Assembly (NCBI GenBank): GCA_951406725.2
Contig: OX597814.1
Span: 66,030,001-66,094,000, forward strand
Source of the DNA: Octopus vulgaris
Lineage: Eukaryota
DNA: 64,000 nucleotides
Direction: 5' to 3'
The translations under genes and the position numbers were made by a program. The notes under the pieces were generated by a model, which saw only the letters and a list, made by a program, of their open reading frames with translations, had not been told where the DNA came from and did no database searches. Positions 12,051-26,407 of this stretch are shown in pieces; the first letter of the stretch is position 1, and each line of letters begins with the position of its first letter.

Positions 12051-12851
12051 CTTGGAAATGGATGCCTGGCGTTGAATAATATAATAATATAAATAATATA
12101 TATATATGCATATAAACATACATATATGTACATACTTACATATATATGTATATACATACAGGACGTCAAAGAACATAAACAACATGAAATACGAACTTTT
12201 TTGCGAACAACGAAAGAAACAAATGGAAAACAAGACAAGCGACATAAAAAAAAACGAACCTTCATCCGTTGTCGGCAGTTTTTCTACTCCGTATTTCGAG
12301 CAATTTGTGACAAGATACCTTTTCGACAAAACAGTTGCTCCCGAAAAGCACATTAAATAAAAATTTGGGATTTTGCGGAGAGTCAAAGTTCGTAACAAAA
12401 ACAGGACGGTGAAAACAAACAAGAAGGGCTGTTAGGTCTAAAAGAGGTGAGTTGGCGAACGCAGAGAAATAAGCTCTGACAGGAGACAGACAAGAATGCA
12501 TCTTATCCTGTGGCTGATCGGAAGGAAAGACAGAAAAATGGGCGATAGTCACGTGCGAGCAACGAGGAAGAAAAAACGAAAGGGAGAGAAGGGGAGATAA
12601 AAAGAATTAGAGAAAGGAAGGGAGAGGAAACGAAAGGGGAGAGGGAAAGAGAAAAGGAAAGAGATAGAATAGTGTCGCATCGAAATTATTGAGATAAAAA
12701 TTTATTGGAAATGGATGCGTGGCGTTCAATCATATGATAATATAAATAACATATATATGCATATATACATACATATATGTCCATATATGTGTATATACAA
12801 ATGCATATATGGGCACAGGGCGTCAAAGAACTTAAACAACAGGAAATACGA
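12051..12851. mobile_element. Non-coding partial-tandem repeat element (~654-bp period), PLE pseudo-LTR-like
   Basis: TTGGAAATGGATGC...CAGG.CGTCAAAGAAC.TAAACAACA.GAAATACGA occurs at 12052-12195 and 12706-12851. It has the same organisation as 32905-33620. Confidence 0.6.
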
Positions 12852-12942
12852 TATATATGTATTATGTGTGTGTGTGTGTCTTTGCGTCTGGATGCACTTG
12901 TTTTATCTCTGCCAAAGTATACATATGCATATGTTTAACCTA

Positions 12943-12994
12943 TCTCTCCCCGATGACGGGATACTTGGTCTTTTCTAGAAACAACTGTTAGAGA
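12943..12994 (+). ncRNA. Degenerate hammerhead-like motif
   Basis: TCTCTCC CCGATGA CGGGA...TTCTA GAAA CAACTG TT AGAGA. The core U is replaced by C and the stems are imperfect. Confidence 0.4.
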
Positions 12995-13090
12995 ATATGT
13001 AAACCCGTTTATTATATAGCTAAAGTAAATGTCCTTGTCAACACTTACCAAACCATCTGCCTTTTCATTTCTGCTATAATGCATCTATCT

Positions 13091-13492
13091 AAGGCGGCGA
13101 GCTGGCAGAAACGTTAGCACGCCGGGCGAAATGCTTAGCGGTATTTCATCTGCCGTTACGTTGTGAGTTCAAATTCCGCTGAGGACGACTTCGCCTTTCA
13201 TCTTTTCGGGGTCGATAAATTAAGTACCAGTTATGCATTGAGGTCAATGTAATCGACTTAATCCGTTTGTCTGTCCTTGTTTGTCCCCTCTGTGTTTAGT
13301 CCCTTGTGGGTAGTAAAGAAATAGGTATGTCATCCGTCTATATGTTCTGAGTTCAAATTCCGCCGAGGTCGACTTCGCCTGTCATCATTTCGGGTTCGAT
13401 AAATTAAGTATCAGTTGCGTACTTGGGTCGATCTAATCGACTGGCCCTCTCCCCCCAAAACTTTCCAACTTTGTGTCTAGATTAGAAAAGTA
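13091..13492 (+). mobile_element. SINE family A with an internally duplicated central domain
   Basis: Head AAGGCGGCGAGCTGGCAGAAACGTTAGC. The TTCAAATTCCGC...GTCGATAAATTAAGTA block is present twice. Confidence 0.9.
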
Positions 13493-13639
13493 TCTTTATA
13501 TATATACATATATACATACACACACACACACACATATTCACGCCTGTCTATGTGGTAAGTTGGTTTTCCAATCATATGGTACCGGATTTAGTCCCACTGC
13601 GTTGGCACATTGGGAGTACCTTCTGCTATATATATATAC

Positions 13640-13725
<86 letters not shown>

Positions 13726-13775
13726 TAGATAGATAGATAGTGGATAGATAGGTAGATAGATAGATAGATAGATAT

Positions 13776-13844
<69 letters not shown>

Positions 13845-13862
13845 CAGACAGACATAGATAAA
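13640..13862. repeat. (GATA)n microsatellite
   Basis: Direct reading. Confidence 0.95.
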
Positions 13863-14399
13863 TAGATATTCGAACCAGCGTAACGTAGTAGTTTGCTAAA
13901 GATATCGATAGAATAAGTACTAGAATTTCGCCTGAAATTTCCTCATGGCAGTTCTGCAGTATTGCTCCAGTCTAATTACTGAAACAAGCAAAACACACAC
14001 ACATACCGCATGACTATAACACTCAGAACATACAACCTCCGTTTGCTAATACATAGCAACGCCATTTTGATCCTACAGCATAGAATGATGGGCTGTTGTG
14101 TACCAAAACTACTTATTATCCAATAATTTGTGAATGAAACTTGGTTGATGGAAAATCTGCGTAAACCCATCGTAAACTCATGCATGAATGTGTATGCATG
14201 TGTGTTTGGGCGTGTTTGTGTGAGTGTCTCTGTATGTATAGAGAGATACATATGCACACATTTATAATTATATACATGTAGACATAACGCATATATATGT
14301 ATGTGTATATGTATATATATGTAGTTCTTTGTATATATGCGTTGTATGTGTGTGTATATATATATATGTGTGTTTGTATACATATATATAAATATATAT

Positions 14400-14449
<50 letters not shown>

Positions 14450-14458
14450 GTATATGTA

Positions 14459-14536
<78 letters not shown>

Positions 14537-15199
14537 CAGCTCTTTGTATGTGTGTGTGTGCGTGTGCGTATGTTTGTAGGTGTTGTCAGCACCGGGTATA
14601 TTAAACGTTTAATAAATGTCTAAGAAAAACGTTCAAACTTCATTTTCCTCTTCGATCCTGGTCATTATGTTGAATGCATCAGTGAGAAGCATGCTTGAGC
14701 AGGCTTTTCACCGTGCGTGCATCTGTATATATCATTAACGTTGTTACAATTTAATAACAAGGCTAACGAGATAGACGCAGAGGTAGATACGGAGAGAAAA
14801 TAAAGTGGGGGGGTAAAGAGAGAAAAGACACCGAAGGAGGGAGAGTGATTGAGAAAGAAGTAGGCTAGCAGAGAGACAGACAGTCTGTGTAAAGAAATCA
14901 TAATTGGATAGTTAATTGAATGACTACCAATACATTTTCAATATCCGTTTCGTCTATATCTTTATCCTTCATGATCATGAACATCATTCCCATCGACGTC
15001 GTCCTTCTCCACGTCTTCTTCTTCCTCCTCTTCCTCCTTATCATCATCATCAGCTGCAGCAGCAGAAGAAGAAGAAACATCATCATCATCATCAGCAGCA
15101 GCAGCACAGCAATGCTGTCATTACTGATACAATCACCATCACCTCCGCCACCAATTACCGCCATTACCATGACGACTATTACTAGTAACACTATTGACG

Positions 15200-15452
<253 letters not shown>

Positions 15453-15464
15453 GATAATTTCTAC

Positions 15465-15853
15465 TAAAAGCAGAATGCCTGAAATTTGGTGGGAGGGAAC
15501 TAGTCGATTACATCGACCCCAGTGTTTCACTGATACTTAATTTATCGACCCCAAAAGGATGAAAAGCAAAGTTGTCCTTGGTGGAATTTGAACTCAGAAT
15601 GTGAAGTCATACAAATTACCTATTACTTTACTACCCACAAGGGGCTAAACACAGAGGGGACAACCAAGGACAGACAAATGGATTAAGTTGATTACATCGA
15701 CCCCAATACGTAACTGGTACTTAATTTATCGACCCCGAAAGGATGAAAGGCAAAGTCGACCTCGGCGGAATTTGAACTCAGAACGTAACGGCAGACGAAA
15801 TACCGCAAAGCATTTTGCCCGGCGTGCTAACGTTTCTGCCAGCTCGCTGCCTT
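15465..15853 (-). mobile_element. SINE family A, duplicated-core subfamily
   Basis: Reverse complement of the 13091-13492 architecture. Confidence 0.9.
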
Positions 15854-17539
15854 AATAATAATAATGGTCATAACAAAAATGGTTTCTTTTAAATGTCGCC
15901 GATGAAGGGAACAATACAACGGAAGTCGTAACGTGTAGAGATTTACATAGAACGGATTGATTTAAAACATATATGTACATAGCATACAGAATTAACAAAA
16001 TGTAATTAATGCTAGTATACACAGTACACAGCATAAGAAAAGTGATGATGATGCAATCCCCTTGTTACAGGGCTTCAAGGTTAATCGATTTACCCAAAAA
16101 GCTAAGATCTTCCTAAGCACCAAGGGCAGGTGCTGTCTCTAAATTTTGTTCTCCGACTTACAGGCTTTCACTTCGAACGGTGCCATGCACTCATGCCATT
16201 TTCACCACTTTCAAAAAATCCCTCGAGGACTGCACCTCCTTCTCCACCATCACTTTTGACTTTAAGTAAAACTTGAGAAGTCGATGAGGTCTCTCCAAAA
16301 AGGAAACTCTCTTCACTCAAAGCTGGCAGCCTTATCCACCATCCGACTTCTTTCGCTATAGCCACCAGAGAAAGGGAAAATGTTTTCTCTGTCCGATTAA
16401 AGAAGATTCACAGCATATACTACTAGTAATACTACTTTGCCTAGAGAGGGAGTCTCTACGTAATCACGTAAGCCGCCAAAAATTTTAACTAAATCATCCT
16501 GAATTACTTGCTGTACTAGAAGGAAAGAACTCTACTGCATTTTATGAAATATTATATTCATCATTATTTTATCCTTTTTTTTTTACTGGGATAAATTAAT
16601 ATTGACTATTCTATAACAGAAAATTGTGCTTACATCTAGAATGTCGGTCAAACCATGAATTCCAGGCATAGAAATCTCCTTGTCAGGACATATGAATGGC
16701 ATCAGAGAATAACAAAAGTGAAAACACACCAAGAACCTTGAAATCCTTACAAAAGTGCAACACAATGTCTTCAAAATACTTAGAAAAACTACCAATTAAC
16801 AATTAGAATTCATTTATAATCTATAATCTGAAAGCTTTTATTATTTAACATGTGGCATTCATGTAGGAATAACTTAACGTTTTTGTAACTGCAACACTGA
16901 TCAATCACCATTAAAAGTTGTATTCAACTCAGTTCAGACCATTTTACAGCGGAGTGGACCTACAACATATATGAGGAAAAAACTTGCAGTCAATACATTG
17001 ATACTACAAATAACACCCGCAGTCTAACAAAGAACGACAATAGACAAGAAATATTAATAAACTTTCTGAAAAACAAACATAAAGCATACCAATTTAATAA
17101 ACATATACATATATACCACCATTATACACAACAAGTAATCCCCAAAATTACTCCCTGTCCCCAGCTGCAGCTCTTTAACATCCATAAACACCGTCAGTAA
17201 TAGAGATGTCAATTCACACTTTGGTTTTCGAAGTGATAATATACTCTCCTTACATCCTAAACACACTAAAACACAGCCTTTTCCAAACCGACAATATATC
17301 CATACACGTAAACTGCCCACTATAACTACTTAGCTAACAATTTCTTTGCCATTTACAATCCTAGATTCTGTTGGTTGCAGTAGCATGGTAGGCAAGCGCT
17401 TGACTCAGTCTGAGAATGCCAGTTAGTGTTCTGCAAATATTTTTTAGGAGTGTGCATTCCAGCACAGTTTTTGGAGCTAATGAGGTTACTGATGTTGCAG
17501 CTATTCTTGACTTGACGTGTTAATATTTATATCAGCTGA

Positions 17540-17748
17540 AAGCGACGAGCTGGCAGAATCGTTATGGCGCCGGGATAGATTGCTTTGCGAATTTCTTCCG
17601 ACTTTTCTAAATTCAAATGGCCGCCGGTGTAGACTTTGCCTTTCATCCTCTCGTAGTCGATAAAATAGGTACATGTTGAACACTGGGATCGATGTAATCG
17701 ACTTTCCCCCTTTCCCCGAAATTATTGTGCTATAATTTTAAAACCAAT
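17540..17748 (+). mobile_element. SINE family A
   Basis: GAGCTGGCAGAATCGTTA head and the GACTTTGCCTTTCATC domain. Confidence 0.85.
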
Positions 17749-17864
17749 ATTTTTCACTTGAATGGTTATAAGATGCTGTTGCAATCGTGTTCTTAGGTGT
17801 GGTATATGTTTCTATATGTGGAGGCAATTTTTAAGTAGTTGCATAGATGCAATGACATGGTATA

Positions 17865-19300
17865 AAGAGCCTGGGTTCTAATTCCTAAAGTATTTTTCGA
17901 TTGCCTGGAATCGAACTCAGAATCTTGAGGTTAGTAACGCGCGCTCTTAACCACTACACCATATGCCTGTGGGTAATTATGGAGCGAATTTTAGGGCTAT
18001 AAATCTAATATTTTCCTATCCTTCCTTAGTACCGGTTCCCATATACTAATCATATATGCACTCGGTCTGCTTAGGAGGTTGTTGTGTCCTAGCATATGTG
18101 CTGCTTCTTTTAGTTTTCGCACTTTCCAGTGGTGTTCTCTGTCTATTATTTTAATTTCACCCCACAACGGGAGGTGGTCTCCATTTTTCCAAACATGATC
18201 AGCTATACCTGATTTATCAATATCTCTTCATGTCACAGCTTTGTAATGTTCCTCTACCCTTATTTTGAGGGGGTGGCATGTATCGCTTTTATATAACCTA
18301 CCACAGCTGCATGGGATGAAGCACACGCAGTTTTTGGTCATATTCTATTCTACTGGTGGTTTTACTCGAAGGAGATATTTGCAAAGTGTTGTATTACTCT
18401 TGAATACTGTTCAGATTTTATATAGGCCGCATATCTTTTGTATCTTTTCGGAGAGGTCTTTCACATAGGGTAGACAGACTGTGGATGGTTTAATAGTTTC
18501 ATCCTCTCTTTTCTTCACAATTGGAGTGGTTAGTATGTTTTTGGGGTAGTTGTTGCTTAATAGATTGTTATTGAGCTTGATAATTTCTTCGTGGTGGGTA
18601 TCACGATCGCCACTTATATTCTTCGCTCGATGTTTTAGGCACTGAGCAATCCCTCTTTTTACACTGAATGGATAGTGGGAATTGATGTTGTGGTATCGTC
18701 CAGTGAAGGTCGGCTTGCAGTATACGGATGCCCTGAATCCATACTTGGTGTGTGTTATTAATACGCCCAGGAATGCTAGGTGATTGTCTTTTTTCCTTTT
18801 CCATTGTGAACTGTATGGATGACTTTATTCAGTTCGCATAATCTAACATAATTTGCACATCTTTCTGGTGGGATCAGAGAATAAAGATGCCATCAACATA
18901 TTGCAGCTGTAGTGTTGGTTTTAGTGGTGTTGATCCTAAAGCCATATTCTCAAAGTTTTCTATGTATATATTGGCTATTATCGGTGATAATGGTGAACCC
19001 ATAGCTGCTAGACCCTCTTCTTTTCGATATATATCAGTGTCCATACTGAAGTAGGTAGTTTCTACACAGAAGATCAACATTTCCATCAAGTTTCTCATTG
19101 GTATACTAGTGTGTTCCTTTTAGATGGGTGTTCCTTTTAGATGGGTGTCTGTCACTAGTTTCTCTTGAATCACCCATAGTGCTTCAGCAGTTGGGACTTT
19201 GGTGAACAGACTTATCACAGCTAGACTCACCATCTGATTGGATTCAATGGGGGCATCCTTGATCAATTCTATGAAGTGGGTGGAATTCTTCACGACAAAT
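17865..19300 (-). mobile_element. Penelope-like element (Poseidon-type), 5'-truncated, decayed RT + GIY-YIG
   Basis: VKNSTHFI..VISLFTKVP, GLAAMGSPLSPIIANIY and QYVDGIF (PLE RT motifs). A GIY-YIG-like IPCSCGRLYKSDTCHPLKIRVEEH lies near 18245-18320. Confidence 0.85.
17902..17967 (-). other. tRNA-like Pol III promoter module just downstream of the PLE ORF
   Basis: GGCATA TGGTGTAGTGG TTAAGAGCGCGCG TTACTAA CCTCAAGATTCTGA GTTCGATTC CAGGC, containing A and B boxes. Confidence 0.75.
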
Positions 19301-21800
19301 CTGTTCGGAATAGTGCATGCCTGCGCGTTACCGACAAGCTTAAAGACAAGCGCCAACCTCATGGCTAAAATATTAGCCAAAATTTTATAATCTGCGTTTA
19401 GGAGAGTTACAGGCCTAAGAATTATCTATTTGATTCCCCTTGTTCGGGTCCTTTCTCAGCAGCAATACTACGCCACGGCTCATAGCACTGGGTATTATCT
19501 CTTTCTGCTGCAAGTTGTGATGGACATCCGCCAAAAGATGGCCAAGCAAGTTTGGCATATGGATATAAAGATCGAAGGGCAAACTATCCATCACGGGAGA
19601 CAACCTCCACCTCACGCACTACATCATAGAGAGGGTAGGGAAGGAACCTGGCATGGGTGGGTCTCTGATCAATTTGGATCAATAAAAGGCCTTCGACAGG
19701 ATCAACCATCAATACTTGGAGGCAGTCTTCGTGGCGGCCAGTTTTGGTCCCATTTTCAGAGGCTGGATCGTGGTCAAACTAAACGGCCATCTAACGGAAT
19801 CGTTTAGCATCGCTCGCTCGGTCCGTCAAAGATTCCCACTGTCTCCTCTTCTGTACGTGCTGGCTCTCGAGCCATTACTGAGAAAGTAGGATACTTCGAG
19901 GGGCAACCAGCGTGATTTAGGATGCGTCCTGTATGTCTTCGGCTGTTATCGGCATTTTGCAGAACTCCGCATCCCTGGCCTAAAGGCGCGGCATGCCATT
20001 GAGATAGGAGGTGAAATTCATCTCCTTCCTTCACACCTCGTGCACCCCAAACAATTCAGCGAAGTGCTGCTAAAATACCGTACACATCTTCTTGGACGCG
20101 TGTAGCATACGCTATTCCCGGATTGTCAAAGACCGAATTGTGGCTTTGTTTCCACGTTGAACCTCTGTCGTTCGGGTCCATCGAGCGGCTTTCGTCCCTT
20201 CATGTCTTAGAACACGCGCTCTAGATATGACAACGCAATCTTCATGCTTGGCACGTCAGTCGTGATGCCTCACCTAAGCTCCTCTTCTAGCTTTCTAACT
20301 AACTCTCCCTCTTTCCACAAATGTTATTTCCTTACTAAATCTTACTGCCTCTACTCTAATAACCCTTTTTAGGGCTATCAACCAACGGCTGTTGCCGATT
20401 GCCCCCGCCAACTTCCGATGGACTAACTCGCTCACCCGGTTTCTGAATGATTGACGCGCTGGGAAAGCTGGGTCCTGGCTATGGATCCTATCCAGGTTGA
20501 CCGTGCAGATCACAAATTTGTAGTCTGTGTAGCCGATGACTTTGAACTGTGGACAGTCTATGCTACTTCTATCTACTGGCCTACAGAATACCCTATCTAA
20601 ATACGATCTGGAAAACCCGGTTTGTTCGCCAATGTTCACATTGTTGCATTCGGGAAATCCAGTCGGTACCTGTCAGCCAATTGGAAACGACTGAGCAAGA
20701 TTGTGAGGCTTTTTCACCCCACTCTTCTATCGGTTAGCCCCACCCTGTCCAGGCGTGCATCCAGCATGGCGTTCCAATTGCCCACTAAAACTAAAGGGTG
20801 AGATGTCCCAAAGAAAACTCCCACACGTCTGAAGAAATCTGGCTGCCTAGCCCCGGTTGGGGCGTACACAGCGACTAGTCTGAAAGCACTACCTTCGCTG
20901 CCACTCGCATCCAGGACCACCAAATTACCTTCCGGATCGAGGAAAATAGTCCATACCTCGGGATCTAGGCCTTTCCTAAACAGCACTTCCACCCCGCCTC
21001 CCATTCCAGGCCGACTAAAAGATGCGTAGATATCAAAATTGTCGAAAATGGGAGCCAGATCACGTATGTCAGAAATCCTGGTTTTGCTGACGGCCGCCAC
21101 ATCCATAGATAGTGACCTGAGGTCGTTGAGCAGACGCTCCTGCTTCCAGGGCGACCCCAGGCCAAGAACATTTGCACAGCCAACTCTAATCAAATGTCGC
21201 ATTTAAGCTTTCTGCCTTCTACTCAAATCAACCCCATTGGGCAGCTGTATAAGGTCCGGGATTTCTTCCATGTTTTCCGGCTTCACAAGAAGCAGAATTT
21301 CTATTGTTATCTCGGACCAGTTTCCCCTGCTGCTCCGTTTCCCCTCTAGGAGTGAGTCCGAATCCTCTACTACACACGCTACGATACACCAGACATTCAT
21401 GCCTGGTATTTTTTATTCTGGCAGTTCTTTTTGAGGGGTAGATTTGGAACAGAACCCACTGTTTACTCCATGGGGACGTTGCTGCACGTTTACGTGCGAG
21501 TACCTCACTTCTGAAGGGGACATCGATGCTGACATACTGTCTGCTTCTTTGTAAATGGTCCACGTCTTCTAAAATGTCCTACAGAACCACCTCCACTTGA
21601 CGTGTAGATGTTGTTTCTACTCGCCTGCTCTAGCGAGAAACATTTAAAATAGATAGCTATTTTCTCACCTCATTTAAAGCGATTCACTGAGTACAAGAAC
21701 CACTGCTTTAACCCGCTCCACTTTTATGGGTTTTTTGGGGGAAGAGGGGCTTGCGCCAATTCTTTTGTGCTATCATCTAGGGCCAACGGAAACATTTATT
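19301..21800 (-). mobile_element. Tx1-clade (L1-like) LINE: ORF1 remnant, APE endonuclease and RT N-part; may extend to ~22320
   Basis: APE ORF 20714-21202 (VGCANVLGL, VAVYAP, LVGNWNA), GYTDYK (SDH), and RT SPVMDSLP, RGVVLLLRKDP and PVTLLNADYKILANILAMRL. Confidence 0.9.
19598..19915 (+). mobile_element. Inverted Tx1 RT segment inside the same element
   Basis: Plus strand reads DNLHLTHYIIERVGKEPGMGGSLINLDQ*KAFDRINHQYL...SVRQRFPLSPLLYVLALEPLLRK. Confidence 0.85.
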
Positions 21801-22410
21801 TCTAAAAGCTGGCTACATCGGAAAATTTGTTAAAATTGGTAGAAATATTGTTTTGTTTGGTGTATTTTATATTATTTAACTTTGTCGTTGTTTGTGGTGA
21901 TTTCTGTTTCGCAGGTGTCAATCATGGCCGTAGGGGTGTTACTGTTATTTCTACTATCTTCTGTCTCTCTCTTTTCTATCTTCACATTCCTACTGTTGTT
22001 GCTACTAATTTCACATTCTACACGAGCTCTCACATTGCTTAGGATGTTGTTGCTGTTGTTGTCGCTTGGAGTGAGTTATATGGAGGGGGGATATCTTCTT
22101 CTGTGGGAGGGCTTGTGGGAGGATAGGCTTTCCCCCTCATGTTGATTGTTGATGCCGATGGTAGTGGTGATGAAGGCGCCATCTTGTGTATTTGTGTTTT
22201 TTCTGAGTGCAATAGATAATCGGATGAATAAATATTGGCCTTTACGGGGTAGAAACAACAACTGATCACCTGCCAAAAGGTTCCTGGTGTTCTTATTGTC
22301 AGTTTGTAACAAAAATTAATAACATACATTTGTAAAGACAGGGTGAAAAACGCAGTTTAAAGTATAACTTACGAAGCGTGTTCGAAACAACGTCTTACGT
22401 ATTCCGCGGC

Positions 22411-22872
<462 letters not shown>

Positions 22873-24238
22873 TACTGACGGTGGTGATCCTGCTACTGTT
22901 TCTACAGATACACATACATACACAAACACACATACATGCACATACATATATATATATACATACATATATATATGTGTGTGTGTGCGTATGCGTGTGTGTG
23001 TGTTGTGTAAGTGTGTGTGTATGTGTGTGTGTGCGCGTGTGCATATATTTAAGTTTATTAATATAAAATGCAAGAGTAAAGGACAAATTAAGAAACGTAG
23101 GTGTCAAAATAATTGTCAAGTGAAACGAATCAAGCCGGCTTGGCGGGGGTTTTGCTTTGTGGTGGTTTTAATGAAAAGATTTAGCTGAGAAGAAGAAAAT
23201 CACCAACAATGACAAGAAATGGAAACAATTCAACAATTAATATAACAAAACAACTGCTCTATTATATGACTGCAACGTCTATGATAATAATAAGAAAAGA
23301 AAGGATCATAAAGGGAAAGTAAAACGTAAGGAGAAAAAGTGATATATGGAAGAAGAAAATGATGATGATGATGATGATGATGATAAAAGCGACGACGATG
23401 ACAACAGTGACTTGTGGTTGGGGTTGTGTAGATTAGTCATGATAATGATCGACATCTTTGTTGTCGTTGTCATCATCACGATCATCATGAGCACGATAAA
23501 CACTGTCACCATCGCCACCGACCCCGTCCCCCTTTTGCACTCTCGCTAGTAATACCATTACCACTACTGCCACCACTACCATCACTACTACCACCACTAC
23601 TCCCATCTCGATCACCATTACCACAAAAACATCGTCATCATCATCGTCATCGTCGTCGTCATCACCATTCCATAAAATAAATTTTGCTATCTTTAGTTTC
23701 TTCCAAACGTTGTACATTTCAAATGCGACACGACTTTTCATATCTTCATAAATATTCGGTTCTAAACTACCGAAAAACAAATTCTGTGTCGCGTTCTACT
23801 TCACAACCATTCAAATGTAATCATCTTTTGCTCAGTGTCAGGACTTGCTCCTTTTTGCCGTTTATTTGTATCGCCAAGCTATTGCTATTTCACATGCTTC
23901 CTCTAACTGTTTAGGGGATAGTTTTCAATTTATGAAAGAACGTGGATATTAGAATTTTGTCATCGGAATGCCTACTGAAAAGACATCGGAGTTTATCTAA
24001 GATTTTCAGTACTCTCATGATTAATTCCATTAAGATATTAAAAATGAAGTGGTGGACAGCATGCTACTTTCTTTCGGGCGGAGTCGTAGTTTAAACAAAT
24101 CGGTCAGATAACCATCCATAGTTACGATATATTCGTATTTGAGATAAAGTCCTCAATCATTCACATCACTTAGGGATATGCACCAACTGCTGTCATTCTG
24201 TTGTAAAGAGGCCTCCTTCAGATTATTTTCAAGGTAGT

Positions 24239-24458
24239 TTAACCCTTAAGCATTTACACCTGTCATATCAGGCGCAAATATTCAACATATTATATGTACA
24301 AGCTGGCCAGATCCGGCCTCTCTCACCTAACAATGTCAATCTAAAAATATATACCCACATCCCTGAAATTTCAAAGCTACGAGATAATGTATGATTAATT
24401 CAAACCAATTTAAATAAATCAGCATTATATTTGACAGAATAATCTAAATGCTAAAGTC
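24239..24458. mobile_element. piggyBac-like MITE (TTAA-CCCTT...), right end eroded
   Basis: TTAACCCTTAAGCATTTA at the left end and TAAATGCTAAAG at the right end form imperfect TIRs. Confidence 0.65.
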
Positions 24459-24504
24459 ATTGAAGTTCAAGCATAAGGAGACATGATTAGACATTTCTAC
24501 AATA

Positions 24505-24700
24505 GGCTCAAGACCTGAAATTTTAGGATAGGAGTCTAGTCGATTGCATCGACCCCAGTGCTCAACTAGTATTTATTTTAACGACCCCGAAATGATAAAA
24601 GCGAGATCAATCTTGGCAGAATTGTACTCTCAAATGCCGGAAGAAATTCCGGTAATCATTTTGTTCGGTGTGCAAACGATTATGCAATCACGCCACCTTC
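24505..24700 (-). mobile_element. SINE family A, diverged
   Basis: GTCGATTGCATCGACCCCAGTGCTCAACT...CGACCCCGAAA. Confidence 0.75.
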
Positions 24701-25217
24701 TGTCTTACTATAATAATGTCATCAACTTTGCAACTACTAATTCCAATAGTTTCAAATTAGTTCGTGAAATGGAATGCATGTGTATAAGAACGTACAGTAT
24801 AATTAGTGATAAATATGGTACCAGGCATACAAACACAGTTTGTGAAGCTCATTTTGAGCTGTGGTTCTCAACCGGGGTCTATATGGTCCTTCAGGATCCA
24901 TATAATTGACCCGTATATTGATTCGTCCAATATGTAAAATGAGTAAAAAGAAACAAGAGACGCAAAAATTAGAGGAATAATTTTTATTGCCTTATTTTAC
25001 TAATACAGTGAAAAGAATTCCAGGGAAATTGCTATGTTAGAATGTTACGTAGAACCGTAGAACACACGCAGAGGTGCGAGAGTCAACTGGGTCCTAGCGC
25101 TAGTCTTCATGTATGTATGTATATATGTATGTATATATGTATGTATGTTTGTATGTATGTATGCATGTATGTATGTATGTATGTATGTATGTATGCATGT
25201 ATATATATATATGTATA

Positions 25218-25272
<55 letters not shown>

Positions 25273-25690
25273 CACTTATATACCGGTGTGTATGTATGTG
25301 CGTATGTATAACCAGATAAAAATACACTCGTATAAATACATGCATGTACAAAGACACGAATAAATGTGTATAGATATGCATATGAATATATATATGTTCA
25401 TGCACATGTCCGTAGGCGAACATGTACACAGAGATAAGCACACGCGCCCACACACATGTATGTAACAGAATTGTATATATATATATATATACACACACAT
25501 AAATACATATCTCTGCTAAATATTAATACACACACATATACACATTCACGTTATCTAGCTATTCATCTATCTTCCTAACAACATATATATATATATATAT
25601 GTTTAAAACTGATATAAAAGTACCATTGTTATTATTTACAGGATTGTAAATCACGGTGCCGTAATGAAAAACCATTCGCACCGAAATATG

Positions 25691-25735
<45 letters not shown>

Positions 25736-26288
25736 TCTTACTTAGGAGGGTCTTGTGTAAGTAAGATTGAGATAATTTAGCAGAATAGAAGACATATATG
25801 AACGAATTTCATAAAATTTGAAGTAGTGTTTTAGAGAAACTAAAAGCAACCAGTAATATACTGAACCAAGTTACATGATTTCATCATTCTCCAAAATTGA
25901 GAATACTATTCTTAAAACAGAATGAAAAGAAATAGTGTCTCCACGGCACAACCCCTTTTCGAAAATCTTCAAGTATATATTTTCTATCAGCTTTGTTTTG
26001 TAGTTAGCATGGCAGACAAACTAAGAGTTCTAGTCGAGCGAAATACTACCCAATCATCTTTTTTCGTCTAGCTCGCCCTCCGAACCACATCACATTACGG
26101 CAAAGATTTTGGCCGGAAGCTAGGGAGCTCGAAAGGCTTTTCATCTTGGTGCGGTAGAGACGATGTCTGGAATGAACTAACTACCACCATATGGATCGTT
26201 TCCCAGTTTCTAACCTACAGCGAAATATGACGGGGGAGACCGATATTCAATGTCGCTTTTACTTTCTACGTAATGATGCACACATTAT

Positions 26289-26340
<52 letters not shown>

Positions 26341-26376
26341 AAGAAGAAGAAGAAGAAGAAGAAGAAGAAGAAGAAG

Positions 26377-26406
<30 letters not shown>
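26289..26406. repeat. (GTA)n-(GAA)n compound microsatellite
   Basis: Direct reading. Confidence 0.95.

Positions 26407-26407
<1 letters not shown>

Noticed and set aside
23722-23796. Stem AATGCGACAC/GTGTCGCGTT as a possible pre-miRNA
   Set aside because: The stem is short with a large loop, and I recognise no known mature miRNA.
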